Positions 29,334 through 42,790 of a stretch of DNA of 64,000 nt are shown in pieces; the first letter of the stretch is position 1, and the number at the start of each line of letters is the position of its first letter. The notes under the pieces were generated by a model that saw only the letters and a program-made list of their open reading frames with translations, searched no databases and was not told the origin of the DNA. A program made the position numbers and the translations under genes. The stretch is from the human T2T-CHM13v2.0 reference genome, Homo sapiens, in NCBI RefSeq assembly GCF_009914755.1, contig NC_060932.1. One strand, given 5' to 3'.

Positions 29334-31891
29334 TCTACATTCACTTTTGGTCAGAAGAGAGGATGCTGAGTAAGTTGTAGTTTATGCTAACCCTTCTAGT
29401 ATGTGTAGGTCAAATGGCAGGTGACTTGCTACATAGCAGAGTCTAGTAAATGACTGTTACTGTTCTCTTGTGTCAGGTAATTTAGAGAGGGAGAGAAGAA
29501 GAAACAGGGATAAGTAAAAAATAAATAAATAAAATAAACAGACACCATTAGGAGAAATGAAGTAGTGAAAACCTCCAAAAAGCCTCTCTTCCATAAAAGC
29601 AACTAGAACACTAGCAAAATTTCCAAAATCAACTTTTTCTGGACTCGTAGCATTAACCAAAGGCTTGAAACAGTGTAGGGAACATTTATTCAACCAAAAT
29701 AGCTGAATCTCAGTAAGCATAGGGAATTTCTGTGGCATTTTAATTTACCCTAAACCCATTACCTTCTCTCCAGCTCCATGGTAGCCTAGAAAACAAACAG
29801 CTCACAATCAAGGTGAAAAACAGCAGCCTCACAGCCAATGGAGGGGTTTGATCAAGGTTGGACTTTTTCCAAATCCCTGTTCTCAGAGATTTGTCATTGT
29901 TTGACATGACTGGAAGTTCCCTGGAAACTCCATTTTCATTTCCAGAGCATTTTTCATGGCTCAGAGCTCTCCACATGCAAACAGCCCTTACCTCAGTGCT
30001 GTTTGTTAAAAAAAAAAAAAAAAAAAAAAAGGAATTGTTTAACCTCAGGTGCCCAAAGTGGTAACAATAGTTGGGACAAACAACAAGCTAACTCATAAAC
30101 ATAAAAGAAGAGTTGGGGAGTGAGATGTCCATAGGGAGTTTTGAAAAGCTTCAACATATTTCTGGGAATCAAAGAAGCCATGTGAATGCACAGGGCTTTG
30201 CACATGCCCAGGGATATGTGAATGCTTAGAAAAGAGCTGGCAAAGCCCTAAGTCCTCACCACTGACTGATTTTGAAGCTCTGATCGAACAGGAAGTGAAG
30301 GGTAAGGCAGAGTTGGAAAGTGCTTAGGGGAGTTTTGATGTCATGTACCAATACATATACAGAACCTTTCAGCAAAGACTGAGAAGCTTCATGAGTCCAG
30401 CATTTAAGAAATATCTGTCCCAACACTAGCTAACCATTCAGCTAACTGTGCGGAGACACCAGTGGCCACATACGACAAAGGATACAGAGTTGAAAGAATT
30501 AGCTTAGTTAAGTCACTAAACAAACAGAAAAAATAATGATAACAACAAACCCTTGGAATGGGGAAGAATCTGGTTTCCAGAGCTGGAACATTATTTAAAT
30601 GTCCATTTTTTTCCACAAGAAGTAATAAGACAAACCAAGAAACTAGAAAATATTGCACATATACAGGAGAAAAAAAGACAATCAATAGAAACTATCCCTG
30701 AAAAGGTCTAGATTAGAAACTCTCTATGAAGAAGTTCAGATGTGGACTTACCTGAGAAAGATTCAAAATCAACTAATATAAATGTGTTCAAAGAACTTAC
30801 ATAAATCATGTTTAGAGAAGTAAAGGAATTTATTTATAAGGCTGTGTCACTGAATAAAGAATATCAATAAACAAACTATAAAAAGAACCAAATACAAATT
30901 ATGAAGTCAAAAAGCACAATAGCTGGAATGAAAAATTAACTAGAGAAGCTCAAAAACAGAGATGAGTGGGCAAAATAATAAATTAATCTTAAGACAGATT
31001 AATTGAGACCAGCCAGTCTGATGATCCAAAAAAAAAAAAAAAAAAAAAAAGAATGAACAATCTTAGATACCGGTGGGACACAGTCAAGAATATCAGCATA
31101 AGCACAATGGGATTTGCAGAAGGAGAGAAGAAATAAAGAAAAGCAAAAAGAATAATGAAAGAAATAATATCTAAAAACTTCCAAACTTTATGAAAAATAT
31201 TAATCTGCACATCCAACAAGCATAACAAACTCCAAATGAGAGAAAATTGAAGATATACATACCTGGGCACATAATTGTTAAGCTGCTGAAAGACAAAGAC
31301 AAAAAGATAATTTCAAAAAGGGCAATGGAAGTGACTTCATATACCAGAGATCCTTTAACAGATAAACAGCTGATTTCTCATTTGAAGCCCTACAGAACAC
31401 AGTGATGTATCATTCAAAGTGCATAAAGAAAAAGACTGTCAATGAAGAATTCTATATCCAGCAAAATTAATATTTAAAAATAAACTAGAAGATATTTCAG
31501 ATAAACAAAATGTGAGAGAATGTGTTAACTAAACTTCCATAATAGTAATACTAAAGGGATTTACATGAAGAAATAAAAAGCACCTGTAAATGTAAGCACA
31601 TAGGTAGATATAAAAGACAGGATAAATGTGCTTTTTTGTTTCTAATACTTTTCCTTTACTATCATACTTAAAAGACAACTGCACAAAGTAATAATTGCAC
31701 ATCTATGTAGATCAGCATAAAATGTATGAAGATGTAACATGTATGACAACAATAGCACAAACAAGGGAGAAAGAAACTGGAGCTAACATAAAGCAAAGTT
31801 TTTGTATATATTAAGTTTGTCCTAATTCAATAGAGATTGTTATAAATACAAATGCTAATTATATTCCTAAGGAAAATCATTAAGAAAATTA

Positions 31892-32238
<347 letters not shown>

Positions 32239-32469
32239 AGAAAATTACTCAAAAAAATGATACAGTAAAAGAAAGCACAAGGAGATTAAAATGGCATATT
32301 AAAAAGTTTTAGCCTAAAAGAAGGCAACAATGAAAAAATAGCAGATCAAAAATGACATGTCATAGAATAAACAAATAGCAAAAAATTAGATACAAACGTT
32401 GTTATGTCATTAATTACATTAAATGTAAATGGACCAAATACTCCAGCAAAAGACAGGGATTTAAAATTG

Positions 32470-32700
32470 GGCTGGTCACAATGGCTCATGCCTGTAATCC
32501 AAGCACTTTGGGTGGCTGAAGTGAGTAGATCACTTGAGGTCAGGAGTTCAAGACCAGCCTGGTCAATATGGTGAAACCCCATATCTACTAAAAATACAAA
32601 AATTAGCCTGGCATCGTAGCACACATCTGTAGTCCCAGCTACTCAGGAATCTGAGACACAAGAATCACTTGAACCCAGGAGATGGAGGTTGCAGTGAGCC
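32470..32700 (+). mobile_element. Alu, 3'-truncated (no poly-A)
   Basis: Ends at gcagtgagcc, followed by an inverted copy of its own sequence. Confidence 0.9.
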
Positions 32701-34487
32701 ACCTCCTGGGTTCAATTTAGAAACACGATTTAGGTCCAAAGGCAGAAATAAACTTAAAAGTAAAATAAATAAATAAATAAATCATACATTAAAACAATAA
32801 TTAAAAGAGATCGTGGCTATGTTAAAATCAGACAAAATTGACCTTAAGCCAAAATCTGTCAATAAATACAAAGACAGAAATAAAGTTATCATTTTATTAT
32901 GATGAAAGCCTCAAAATGTTTGTTTCTTCATCAAAAATCAATAAAAATTATAAAAATTTATGCACCAAACAACTGAACAGCAGAATCCTAAAATATGTGA
33001 AGAAAAAACTGAAAGAATTGAAAGGAGAAATAATGTAAAAAAAAGTAATTGGGGACTTTACCACCTCACTTTTTAAATTATGAATAGGACAACTAAGCAG
33101 AAGATTAACAAGAAAATAGATGATTTTGAATAATACCAACAATTAACTAGACATAACAGACATCTACAGAACACTCCACCCAACAATAGCAGAATATACA
33201 TTATTTTCAAATTCACATGGACCATTCACCAGCATAGACCATGTATTATGTCATAATATAAATCAATAAATACAAAAGGAATGAAATCTTACAAAGCATT
33301 TTCTTTATATTAGAATGAAATTAGAAATCATTAATAAACAGAATTTTGAAAAACTCAAAATACACTGAAATTAAATAACCTGCTCTAAAATAATCATAGG
33401 TCAAATAAGAAATCACAAAGATAATATAAAAATATTTTAACATGAGTGAAAATGAAAACACTACACACCAAAACTTATAGGACAACTACATTAAAAAAAA
33501 AGATCTCAAATCAATAACCATCTTAAAACTTAAAGAAAAAACAAAGAGCAAACTGAATCCAAAACAAGCACAAGGAAAAAACTAATGAAGATTAGAGTAG
33601 AAATACACAATATAGAAAATATAAACACAATAGAGAAAATCAAAGAACCAGTTCTTTGAGATCAACAGAATTGACAAGCTTTTGGCTACACTGACAAAGA
33701 AAAAAGAGAAGACTCAAAACACTAAATTCAAGAATAAAAGATGGAACATTACTATCAATTACAGAAATAAAATGGCCTATAAGGCAATACTATCATATAA
33801 ACAATTTTATGACAACAAATTAAATTACTTGATTAAAATGGATGAATTTCCAGAAAGACATGAACTACCTAAAGTGAGTCAAGAAGAAATAGATAATCTG
33901 AACAGGGCTACACATGTGAAAACATTGAATTCTTAATCAAATAACTTTCCACAAAGAAAAGCCCAGGGGAAGACACCAAACACACAAGCAACAAAAGAAA
34001 GAAATGAATGAATTGAACTTCAAATTCTAAAGCTTTTATGCCTGAAAGTGTATAATCAAGAAACTCAAAATAAAACCAACAAAATGGGAAAAATATTTGT
34101 AAATTATCTCTCTTTTAAAGGACTATTATGCAGAATATATAAAAATATGTATTTTTAACTCTTACAACTCAACAACAAAAAGAAAAATAATTCTATTAAA
34201 AATGCATAATGGATGTAAATGGAGAATTCTCAAAAGAAGACATACCAGTAACTTATCAGCACATGAAAATATGTTCAATGTGTTAGTCATTCAGATAATG
34301 TAAATTAAAACTACAATGACATACCACTCCATATCAGATGAGATGCCTATAATCAAAAAAAGTGAACACTAACAAGAACAATGAGAATGTAGAGAAATTG
34401 GAACCCTCCTTCATTGCTGCTGGGAATGCAAAATGGTACAGTCCCTTTGGAAGGCAGTTTGGTAATGACTCAAAAAGTTATAAATAC

Positions 34488-34645
34488 ATTGAACATTTCC
34501 AACACAAAGAAATAATAAATGTTTCAGATTATGGATATGCTAATTATGCTGATCGGGTCACTATAAAATATATATATGGAAACATCACTATGTACCCCAT
34601 GAATGTGTGTAATTATTGTCAATTTTTAAAAATAAAAATTTAAAA
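34488..34645 (+). mobile_element. L1MA 3' end nested in L1
   Basis: caacacaaagaaataataaatgttt..acatcactatgtaccccat; TSD-like aagttataaata/aagctatacata. Confidence 0.8.
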
Positions 34646-35215
34646 GAAGCTATACATAGAGTTCATACATAGCAACTCCACTGCTAAGTATAGAACCAAA
34701 AGAAATAAAAATGTGTCCAAGCATAAACTTGTCCATGAATGTTCATGGGAGCACCATTTGTAATAGCCAAAAAGTAGAAACAACCCAACTGTTCACCAAT
34801 TGATAAATAAATAAACAAAAGAGTAATTTTAAAAAACAGATAAGTAATTACCAGGGTCTGGGTCAGGAGGTTGAGGGAGGGTGTGTAATGTGGAGTTTAT
34901 ACCAATGAAACTGTTCTGGAATTAAATTGTGGTGATTATTTCAAACTTTGTGACTATACCAAACACCACTGAATTGTAAACATATATCAGAATCTCACAT
35001 TGTGCACCACAGATCTATACAATTATTGTTTGTCAATTAAAAATAAATTTTAAAAAAGATAAAAATGTTAAACCATTGCATTACATACTTTCAGTGGCTG
35101 AATTTTATGGTATGTGAATTTTATCTTAATTAAAATGAAAGGTTCAGCTGGTGTTAAACATACCAGCTGTAACTTTGCAATTGTTTTAAAATTTGAAAAA
35201 AGAAACACAACTGAG

Positions 35216-35614
<399 letters not shown>

Positions 35615-35913
35615 CTAAAATTTAAAGATGAATAAATTTGTTGTAAAAAATCAGAAACTTTTTCTGAAAATGGACACATCTAAATCAGGCGTGATTGCAT
35701 GAGTGTATACATATATGTATAAATGGTAGAACTATGCCCCTAATATTTATGCATTTTACTGTATATAAATTATGCCTCTACATAACAAGCTATATTTTAC
35801 AAGATGCATATGCACACATGCACACAGGAGCACATGTACACATGCACACACTCATGCACTGAATAAAAGCTTCATGAAACAGAATTATTCTTCCATCCTG
35901 GGATACAGTCTAA

Positions 35914-36997
35914 TGTCGGGAGAACCAGCCCCCAATATTTCAACGTAGGTTCTTTCTATTTTCCCTAAGTGTCGGCCAGTCTGAGAAACAAACAGAAAGA
36001 ATACAAAGAGAGGATTTTACAGGTGGGCCTCCAGGGGTGACATCACATATTGGTAGGACCGTGATGCCGACCCTGAGCTGCAAAACCAGCAAGTTTTTAT
36101 TAGGGATTTTAAAAGGGGAGGGGGTGTACAAACAGGGAGTAGGTCACAAGGATCACATGCTTCAGAGGACAATAAGATCACAAGGAAAAGGCAAAATTAG
36201 AATTACTGATGAGGGTCTATGTCCCACTGTGCATGTATTGTCTTGATAAACATCTTCACAGGAAACAGGGTTCAAGAGCAGAGAACCAGTCTGACTAGAA
36301 TTTACCAGGCTGGAAATTCCCAATCCTAGTAAGTATGATGGTACTGCAGGAGACCAGGGCGTATTTCAGTCCTATCTCAACCACATAAGACAGACACTCC
36401 CAGAGCGGCTGTCTATAGACCTCGCCCCAGGAATGCATTCCTTCCCCAGGATTATTCCTTGCTGGGAAAAGAATTCAGCCATATCTCTCCTACTCGCACA
36501 TCCATTTGTAGGCTTTCTGCAAGAAGAAAAATATGGCTCTATTCTGCCCGACCCCGCAGGCAGTCAGACCTTATGGTTATCTTCCCTTGTTCCCTGAAAA
36601 TCACTGTTATTCTATTCTTTTTCAGGGTGCACTAATTTCATATTGTTCAAACACACGTTTCACAATCAGATTTCATATTGTTCAAACATACGTGTTTTAC
36701 GATCAGTTTGTACAATAGTGGTCCTGAGGTGATGTACATTCTCAGGTTACGAAGATAACATGACTAATAGATTAAAGAAAGGCATAAGAAATTATGAGTA
36801 TTGTTAGGGAAGTGATAAATGTCCACCATGAAATGTTCACCATTTATGTTCAGAGATTGCAGTAAAGACAGGCGTAAGAAATTATAAAAGTATGAATTTT
36901 GGGAACTGATAAATGTCCATGAAATCTTCACAATTTATGTTCTTCTGCCTCGGCTCCAGCCAGTCCCTCTACTCGGGGTCCCTGACTTCCCGCAACA
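35914..36997 (-). mobile_element. MER11 solo LTR (HERV-K11/HML-8)
   Basis: Right end ggggtccctgacttcccgcaaca is the reverse complement of the MER11 start; 1084 bp; 6-bp TSD gtctaa/gtctta. Confidence 0.93.
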
Positions 36998-37023
36998 GTC
37001 TTATCTATTCTAATCTTGCCTGT

Positions 37024-37025
<2 letters not shown>

Positions 37026-37064
<39 letters not shown>
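37026..37064. repeat. (AT)n microsatellite
   Basis: About 19 perfect AT units. Confidence 0.95.
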
Positions 37065-37069
<5 letters not shown>

Positions 37070-37789
37070 AAACAGAGGCATTGAACTCTTTAATTAATGT
37101 GAAAACAGTGCTCTGGAGTCTTTCTCTTCTCTCTCAAAGAGTCAGAGTTTTATGAAAAAAATACATGCATATATTTCCCATATTTATTGTATGTATATCC
37201 CAATGAATTGTAATACATTACTGTCTCACCTTAACAAAAGGTTAAATTTCCACTTTTAATATGATATTTTCTTAATATTCTTGCCTCCCCACATCCTTTC
37301 ATGAATCATTTTGATTAACAAAAGAAAGTGGATAGAATTCTTTTCCCAACAACTTATCCTGCACTTTTTAAAAGTGTAGTCGTATTTTGAAATAATCACC
37401 ATGGCTTCCAAAAGTTTCACCTTGGGAGTTATAACCATCAAACATTTTTACTGCTTGAGGCCAAGTGCTGCTTCTTAGTGCTTTACGCACAAAGCACAGT
37501 CTTCTTTATCTTCACCAAGGTAGACTCAGGGTTAAAATGAAGGTGCATTTAGCAGTGGTTCACTGCTGACACTGGCCAGCTTGGGGTGCAGTTCATCAGG
37601 GCAGTTCACCTGTTATGTGGATTGAAATCAGCAGGGAGAGAACACAAAGGGGAACCTGGATGCCTTTGCTATACGCTGAGCTCAAAAGTCCAAGCAGTTC
37701 CACATTCTCTGATTAAATGGCCCTCCTTCGACTTCTGACCATACTTTAACCTGCCGGAGCTCCCAGAAAAAGGCTCACCTCCACATTCT

Positions 37790-38050
37790 ACAATAGCCCT
37801 TTTTGTATTTGGCCAACACATTATTCCATCCTTAGGACTTCAGGCTTCTGCCAATACCTAGGACCCCCCATCCTGTGTTGAGCAACTTTCATTCTGAATC
37901 CAGGAATGGAACTGCATTTATTGCTGCAAAGTGTCATCTTGTTAAATTTGACTCACCGTTGTTGCCTGTACATAAGTTTGGGAATCTGAATCTGTCAATA
38001 TTTCTTCCTCATGGTTTCACATCCTCAAGGATCTAATATGCACAGCATCT
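37790..38050 (-). mobile_element. L3/CR1 fragment
   Basis: gcatttattgctgcaaagtgtcatcttgttaaatttgactca..atctgaatctgtca. Confidence 0.5.
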
Positions 38051-38269
38051 ACCAATCTGAGGGATCCTTGAGAACAGAAATGAGGTCTTACTTGGCTTTG
38101 ATCGCTAAGACCAAAAATGCAAGACCTGGGCTTCCACTCTTTCGGTCAGCTGTCATTGCAGTATTACTTTTTTAGATACAAGTTGTACGCACACCTTTTC
38201 CTCATTGCTGTTTTGTTCCAGGAACAAGTATATATCTCTAGTGGCAAAATCAGACCACATTTACATTTT

Positions 38270-38960
38270 AAAATAATTTCTAATTATTAAATAGTTAAAA
38301 TACACAGAAAGTACAGCCAATAATTTAGTAAACCTCCTATACTTCTTACTCACTTCACAAAATATTGTCATATTTGCTTAGAAATGTTTTTAAAGATTAA
38401 AACCTAGTAAATGCTATTAATGCCTCCTTTCTTGGGTTTCTTCAGTCCCATTCTCTTTCTTTATTTCCCAGAGGTGAAGAAAGGAAATTATCCCACAGTT
38501 AGCATTTATTATGTATATACATTTCCTTATAGTTTATATCACAAGTATATATAATATATACATACTTATCTCTATCCCCAACAATCTATGGCATCCTATA
38601 TAACATAGAGTTTTGCAACTAACTTTCTTCATGTAATATCATATTTTCCTAGCAGTTGCTTCTATTTTAAACACGTAGCTTGGGCTCACTTGTACTCTTT
38701 GCCACATGATGTTCAATTTCATAAATAGGTCACAATTCTATCTACTTAATCCTTTGTCCATTGATTTTTTTGTTTTACTGTCGTTTTATTTCTATATTTG
38801 TTTTATTATTTTGGCTTTTGTTTGCATACACAATTGTTTTTGCTTTTATAAACACATTGCTATAAATAATCTTTGACCTGTTTATGAACATGAGACTTCC
38901 TCAAAGATATTATCTAGGAAAGGAACTTTTGGGTTCTGAAGCATGTACCCACAGGCCCTA
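38270..38960 (-). mobile_element. L1ME 3' fragment
   Basis: aatacacagaaagtaca; tttttgcttttataaacacattgctataaata; tatctaggaaaggaac. Confidence 0.65.
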
Positions 38961-41316
38961 TTCAAATGTTAGTCATAATTTTTTCTACTCTAGTTCTTAG
39001 TTCTGCTCCTCAGGCCACTGTTCGTTGTGCTGATAACTGCCTACACCTCTGAACTGCCTTCCTTCAAGCAGCCTCTTCCCTCCCCTCTGTAACTTTATCT
39101 AAAAGATGGAAGAATGCCTTCCCTTAATTTTACACACAATAAGAAAAATCAGGATCTGTCTTCTACCAAGGCTTTCCTATTGGCTTGGGAATAATTCAGA
39201 CAGAGTAACTTAAAACTGCTAATATAAATTCATAGGTCCTGACCCAGACCACTATCAGGAAATCCCAGAAAGGATGTTCAATATTTAGTCACCATTTTTC
39301 ATCATATGCTGAGACCAGCCTGCCCTCTTCCAAAGGAAGCTTCCTTAAACTGATCCACCATACCCAGAGTTCAGCTCCAACAGTCATGAAACTCAAAGAG
39401 AAGAAAGAGCATTACGCTGTTTCCCCAGTCTAAGGGCTACTTCCAAGTAACAATTCCCTCTCCTGGGATTAACCACTTTCTAGGACAACTGCATGTGGAT
39501 GAGTAACATCTTGTCCTCTGACCCCAGCAAGACAATAAATATAAGAAACCTCTAATTAATCATTAGTTTAGTTATCAATGTCTGGGCTATTTTGACTGAA
39601 ATAATACTTGGCTATTATTAGCTCATATCAAATCAAATGTAGTCAATCCCAGTAGAATCCCAGTAGAATCCAAGCCTTTCAGCTGGAGGGAGATGAAGAT
39701 CACCATGGTTACAAAACATTGAAAGCCTTCACTCATTTTCTTCAGTGGATAAAAGTTGTAATGAAAATACAAACACTGATGTAAGGAAAATCAATAGCAT
39801 ACAAGCACAATCAAGTCTTCGTAACTAGAAGCAAAGTAATGCTAGCTTCCAGTACAGTTTAGCTGGCATTAGACATCCTCCCACCATCAACAAGAGTAAA
39901 ACCTAAACAAAATGGAGGAAACAACTGCTTCCTCAAGACAAGGCCTGTCAAGACGGCTGCAACACCTGAAAAACAGGAGACGTGAGGCTTGCCCACATTC
40001 AGTCTTCCTCTGTGGGTGTGCTTTCTAGGCTATGGCTCAGAGAGGTCTCACTGGTTGGAGAAGACAGAGTTTAGTTTGGGGCTACTAAAGCAGCAAAGAT
40101 TCGGGGATAGGATTCCAAACAAGGAAGAACTGGAGAGAAAACAAAAAACAAGAAACAAACAAAAAATACCTCAGAAGGCTGCTGGCATTTCCTCTTTGTC
40201 TTTGAGCTTCAGAAACTTAAAATACTAGTGATTACTTAAAGAGACATTAATATTCACATGCCTTTAGGGTTTATAGTAGATGTAGAAGTGAAATGTATGA
40301 AACTATAGCAATAAAAAATTTTAAAAGGAAGATGGAGTTAAGTGTTTTAAGAATTTGCATTGGTTGGGATGTGCTGAAAATATACTTCTAAGATACTTGT
40401 AAGTTAAACTTGTATGTTATGCTTTCTTGATTAACCACTAACAGAATGATAGCCCCCAAAAAGCATTCTACATAGTCAATAGATGAGATAAATGTATATC
40501 AATAAAACACTGATTAAAACGAAAGAAGCGAAAAGGCAACATGAAAGAACAATGAGCAAACATAAAAAATAAAAAACAAATAAAGTGGTAGACTTAAATC
40601 CACCATATTATTTATTATACTAAATGTAAACAGACTAAGTGCAAATTTAAGACAGACATGGTTGGATTAAACAAAAAACTAAGATGCCACCATGTATTTA
40701 TAGGAGACACATTTAAAACATAAGGACACAGAGCAAATGACAGTTTAAAATGGAGAAAAATGGATACAGAATATGAAAATAAAACAAGACAGCGTATTGC
40801 GATAATAATAATTCAGAAAAAAATAGACATCATGGCAAGTAACATAAAATGAGGTGAAGAGAAACACTGCTTAATAACAGAAAGGTTAATGCATTAGGAA
40901 GCAACAATAATCCTAAAAAAATATGTCTTTCATGACCTCATTTCAAAATAGATGAAGGAAAAATTGATCAAAAGAATTGAGAAATACACAATAATAGCTG
41001 GAGATTTTAACACATTTTTTCAGTAATAATAGAAGAAGCATATTAAAAAACAATTAATAATGAAACAGAAAATGAGAACATTATTGACCAAGTTGGCCTA
41101 GCTGACATTTATAGAATTCTCAACCTATATATTGCTTATGAAGCTTTTACCAGAAGAGACTATACATATTCGGTCATCAAACAAGTTTTAATAAATTCCA
41201 ATGGATTATAATCATACAGTTTATATTTCCTTGCCACGGTGGAATTGAATTAGAAACAATAACAAAAAGATAACTAAAAATCCCCAAATGTATGGAAGTT
41301 AAACAGCACACTTTTA

Positions 41317-41617
41317 TTTTTTTATTTTTGAGATAGGGGTCTAACTCTGTCACCCAGGCTGGAGTGCAGTGGCACAATCATAGCTCACTGCTGCAGTCTC
41401 ATCCTCCCAGGTTCAAGCAATCCTCCCACCTCAACCCTCCCAAGTACCTGTGACCACACAGGTGCACATCACCACGCCTGGACATTTTTCTGTTTTTTTG
41501 TAGAGATGGGATCTGACTATTTTGCCGAGACTGGTCTTGAACTCTTGGGTTTAAGCAATCCTCCTGCATAAGCCTTCCAAAGTTCTAGAATTATGGTGTG
41601 AGCCACTATGCTTAGCC
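41317..41617 (-). mobile_element. AluJ
   Basis: cacaatcatagctcactg, aagcaatcctcccacctc; TSD agcacactttta/accacactttta. Confidence 0.92.
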
Positions 41618-42117
41618 ACCACACTTTTAAACAACTTACAAGTTGTAGAAAAATTCACAATTGAAATTGCAATGATTATTAAAATGAAACATAAAGTATG
41701 TGAAATGCAGATAAAGCATGGATGAGAAGGAAATTTATAGCACTAAAGGCATAGTTTAGAAAGAAAGAAATATAAAATACATGATCTAAAATTCCAGCTC
41801 AGAAGATAGAAGAGTTGGAAACAATAGTAAAAAAAAATAAGATGAGAAAATCAACAATACCAGAAGTTAGTTCTTCAAATAACTAATAAACCTCTAAGAT
41901 GCTAGTCAAGAAAATAAAATTACTAGCATGAAGTATGTAAAAGAGAACATCACTAATATTCTACTTACATGAAATAGAGCATGAGAGGATATAATTTTAA
42001 ATAGTCTGCCTACCAATATAAGGACTTAAATTCTTTAAATTCTTTGAAGAACATAACTTAGAACACAAAATAGAAAATTTTGATAGTTTTATATCTGTTA
42101 AATAAATTGAATCTATA

Positions 42118-42469
42118 TGTCTTAGTTTGTTCAACTGCTATAACAAAAATACCATAGACTAGGTGGCTTAGTAACAACAGAAATCTCTCTCTTAGTTCCA
42201 AAGGCTGGATAGTCTAAGATGAAAGAACCAGCAGATTCTGTGCCAAGGGGGGGCCTCCGGCCTGGTTCATACACCACCTTGCTACAGCCTCACATGGTGA
42301 AAGGAGCGAGGGATCATTCTGACCCCTCTTTTACAAGGACGCCAATCCCATTCATCAGGGCTCCATCCTCATGAGCTAACCGGCTTCCAAAGGCCCCATC
42401 TCCTAATACAATCACTTTGGGGTGATGAATTTCGGGGTTGGGGGACATAGAAACATGCAGTCTATTACA
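42118..42469 (-). mobile_element. MLT1A-like solo LTR
   Basis: tgtcttagtttgttcaactgctataacaaaaataccatagactagg..aaaggccccatctcctaatac. Confidence 0.88.
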
Positions 42470-42480
42470 TCATACATAAA

Positions 42481-42790
42481 TTTTTTTCTGTTTTTTGTTT
42501 GTTTTTAAAGAGAAGATCTCACTCTGTCACCCAGGCTGGAAGGCAGTGGCAAGAAGATCATGGCACACTACAGCCTCAAACTCCTGAGCTCAAGAGATCT
42601 TTCCCACCTCAGCCTCCCAAGTAGCTGGGACTATAGGTGTGTACCGTGCCCTGCTAATTGTTTTAATTTCTGTAGAGAAGAGGTCTCATTAAGTTGACTA
42701 GGCTTGTCTTGAACCCTTAGTCTCAAGTGATTTTCCCTTCTTAGTCTCTTGAGGCACTGGGATTACAGGAGTGAGCCACCAACCCCAGCT
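42481..42790 (-). mobile_element. AluJ
   Basis: cagcctcaaactcctgagctcaag; full dimer. Confidence 0.9.

Noticed and set aside
30008-31050. Long poly-A runs inside L1 (also 47719 and 54198)
   Set aside because: Expanded internal A tracts with no TSD or upstream cargo, so not processed pseudogene tails
36770-36945. Direct repeats of about 70 bp and 25 bp suggesting an array
   Set aside because: Internal repeats of the MER11 LTR; not CRISPR-like
39646-39672. 11-bp tandem duplication (similar ones at 18184 and 14556)
   Set aside because: Ordinary short slippage duplications
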